From: an uncultured Chloroflexia bacterium
GTDB taxonomy: Bacteria > Chloroflexota > Limnocylindria > Limnocylindrales > CSP1-4
DNA: 64,000 bases
Assembly: GCA_963720495.1 (NCBI GenBank)
Contig: CAVRFU010000004.1
Span: forward strand, 295,900-359,899
Direction of reading: 5' to 3'
Each line of letters begins with the position of its first letter. The stretch's first letter is position 1. Of the stretch, positions 63,423 through 64,000 are shown one piece after another. The notes beneath the pieces are model-generated. The model searched no databases. It saw only the letters and a list, made by a program, of their open reading frames with translations, and had not been told where the DNA came from. The translations under genes and the position numbers were made by a program.

Positions 63423-64000
63423 GGGCGCTCACGACCACCGTCCTTCGGCTCCTGGCCCTCGTCGGCAAGGAGCTCGTCGAGGTCGTGCGGCGCCCGGGCG
63501 CCCTGCTCAGCCTCGTCCTCGGACCGTTCCTGATCATGGCCGTCTTCGGACTCGGCTACAACGGCGTGCATCGGGCGCTCGAGACGGTCGTGGTCGTGCC
63601 ACCGGAAGCCGGCCTGCCGACCGACGTGAAGACCTATCAGGACCTGGCCGGCGGCGGGCTCCACATCGCCGCCGTCGTCGACGACGCGTCCAAGGCGGAG
63701 GCCGGCCTGCAGGACGGCAGCATCGACGTCGTCGTCGTGGCCCCGGCCGACGCGGAGGCGCAGTTCAAGGCCGGCAAGCGCTCGGTCATCGAGGTCGTCG
63801 TCAACACGGTCGACCCGTTGCGGGCCGACTACGCGGGCTTCCTCGCGTCGAACGTCTCGAACGCGGTCAACCAGACGATCATCCGCAAGGCGGTCGAGGA
63901 GAGCGAGGGCTACGCGACCGCCGCCTCGGGCGGGAGCGCCGCGGTCATCCCGCCGGAGGTCGTGGCCGCACCGACGGAGGCGAGGGTCACCAACGTCGCG
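63419..64000 (+). CDS. ABC-2 family transporter permease (3'-truncated by the window end)
   Basis: MRALTTTVLRLLALVGKELVEVVRRPGALLSLVLGPFLIMAVFGLGY is a typical ABC-2 permease N-terminus. The start overlaps the ATPase stop (ATGA). Confidence 0.75.
   Translation, partial: MRALTTTVLRLLALVGKELVEVVRRPGALLSLVLGPFLIMAVFGLGYNGVHRALETVVVVPPEAGLPTDVKTYQDLAGGGLHIAAVVDDASKAEAGLQDGSIDVVVVAPADAEAQFKAGKRSVIEVVVNTVDPLRADYAGFLASNVSNAVNQTIIRKAVEESEGYATAASGGSAAVIPPEVVAAPTEARVTNVA

Overview
High-GC (~70%+) bacterial chromosomal core segment with actinobacterial-type gene order; no rRNA, tRNA, CRISPR arrays or transposases were recognised. The first ~25 kb is almost entirely plus-strand and very compact, made of translation, isoprenoid/cell-envelope and RNA-turnover housekeeping genes: rpsP-KH-rimM-trmD-rplS-rnhB-yraN, then rpsB-tsf-pyrH-frr-uppS-cdsA-dxr-rseP-ispG, then nusA-ylxR-infB-rbfA-nrnA-truB-ribF, then rpsO-pnp. 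These are followed by a DppABC-like ABC importer without ATPase genes, asd, a family-4 UDG, RNase J, ftsK, a RodZ-like protein, a CinA-C domain protein and murC. The last ~20 kb is a mixed accessory-like stretch: a TPP enzyme, an F420-type nitroreductase-like protein, pirin, a cupredoxin, a second AlkZ-like glycosylase, rhodanese, a beta-lactamase-like hydrolase, a GH25 muramidase, a DRG-like GTPase, two YciI-like proteins with a COG4941-type ECF sigma, a GT1 glycosyltransferase and an ABC-2 exporter. The most unusual object is the pnp gene, whose product carries a complete DnaQ-like DEDDh 3'-5' exonuclease domain inserted in-frame between its two RNase PH domains; this is a PNPase architecture I do not recognise as described. 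Other notable points are an Endonuclease-VII-like nuclease plus an AlkZ/YcaQ-like crosslink glycosylase inserted after yraN, a nusA leader attenuator, and a recurrent extended -10 promoter motif. More than 25 single-base, almost all +1, frame disruptions hit conserved genes and look like consensus indel errors.
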